The notes under the pieces are model-generated. The model saw only the letters and a program-made list of their open reading frames with translations, was not told the DNA's origin and did no database searches. A stretch of DNA of 64,000 nt from Callorhinchus milii (lineage: Eukaryota), in assembly GCF_018977255.1 (NCBI RefSeq), contig NW_024704744.1, positions 372,001 to 436,000 of the forward strand, given 5' to 3'. Both the position numbers and the translations under genes were made by a program. Position 1 is the first letter of the stretch; every line of letters starts with the position of its first letter. Below are positions 63,604 through 64,000 of this stretch, one piece after another.

Positions 63604-64000
63604 CTATAATGAGGTAATTTTACTCCCATCATTGCAGTGCAGATTTGCCATCTCTCGTTTCATCTCCGATCCTATCCACACCTCCATCTCTACAGGAAGA
63701 TCGTAGGTAACTGCTCCTGAACCACACAATCTTCAGCCTTGTCTTGGGAGGGACCTTGGCAGGGAGAGTGAACTCACGTTTGATGGTTGTGGTCTTAGAT
63801 TCTGCTTTGCCCTTTTCCACTTGGAATCCTAACTGAAGCTCCGTTTTCAGCTCAAGGCTCATGCCAGCTTGGATACCAAACATATCCACTGAATGACATG
63901 TTGAAGGTGCTGCCAAGGGTGATTTGACTGGATTGACTGAAGGTTAAAGACTGGGAAATGTCACTTCCTTAGTATGGACTGGCGGCTGTGAAAGCTTGCT
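63604..64000 (-). pseudogene. Aerolysin/ETX-MTX2-like beta-pore-forming domain fragment, disrupted
   Basis: reconstructed across frames: DISQSLTFSQSSQITLGSTFNMSF/VDMFGIQAGMSLELKTELQLGFQVEKGKAESKTTTIKREFTLPAKVPPKTRLKIV/AVTYDLPVEMEV; Ser/Thr-rich alternating strands and VPP motif; one stop (63969-63971) and two frameshifts; family call by motif recognition only. Confidence 0.6.

Overview
Vertebrate genomic DNA, almost certainly from a cartilaginous fish. It is dominated by L2 and CR1 LINEs, Deu-domain tRNA-SINEs of the SacSINE1 type, and about ten different minisatellites. Hidden among the repeats on the minus strand are two tandem paralogous immunoglobulin-superfamily receptor genes that can be assembled exon by exon with canonical phase-1 splice sites: leader, three germline-joined VJ-type V domains (VB, V1, V2), then a transmembrane exon. 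Gene 1 is join(59652-59601, 58850-58500, 53928-53584, 52484-52143, 51828-51731), 395 aa. Gene 2 is join(38948-38897, 38194-37820, 34053-33709, 29785-29441, 27396-27224), 429 aa. I found no C domain and no complete RSS. V1/V2 carry an unusual C-C-x5-C-G-x-G end in place of F/W-G-x-G. The introns after V1/V2 exons hold a 30-bp minisatellite whose unit contains a hairpin and a perfect CACAGTG heptamer. The family shows mosaic exons, a gene-conversion-like tract, an inverted V-only pseudo-exon, a J-only relic fused to a TM exon, and further orphan TM relics near 11-12.6 kb. A decayed aerolysin/ETX-MTX2-like pore-forming protein fragment lies at the right edge. Exon coordinates were counted by hand; repeat boundaries are approximate.
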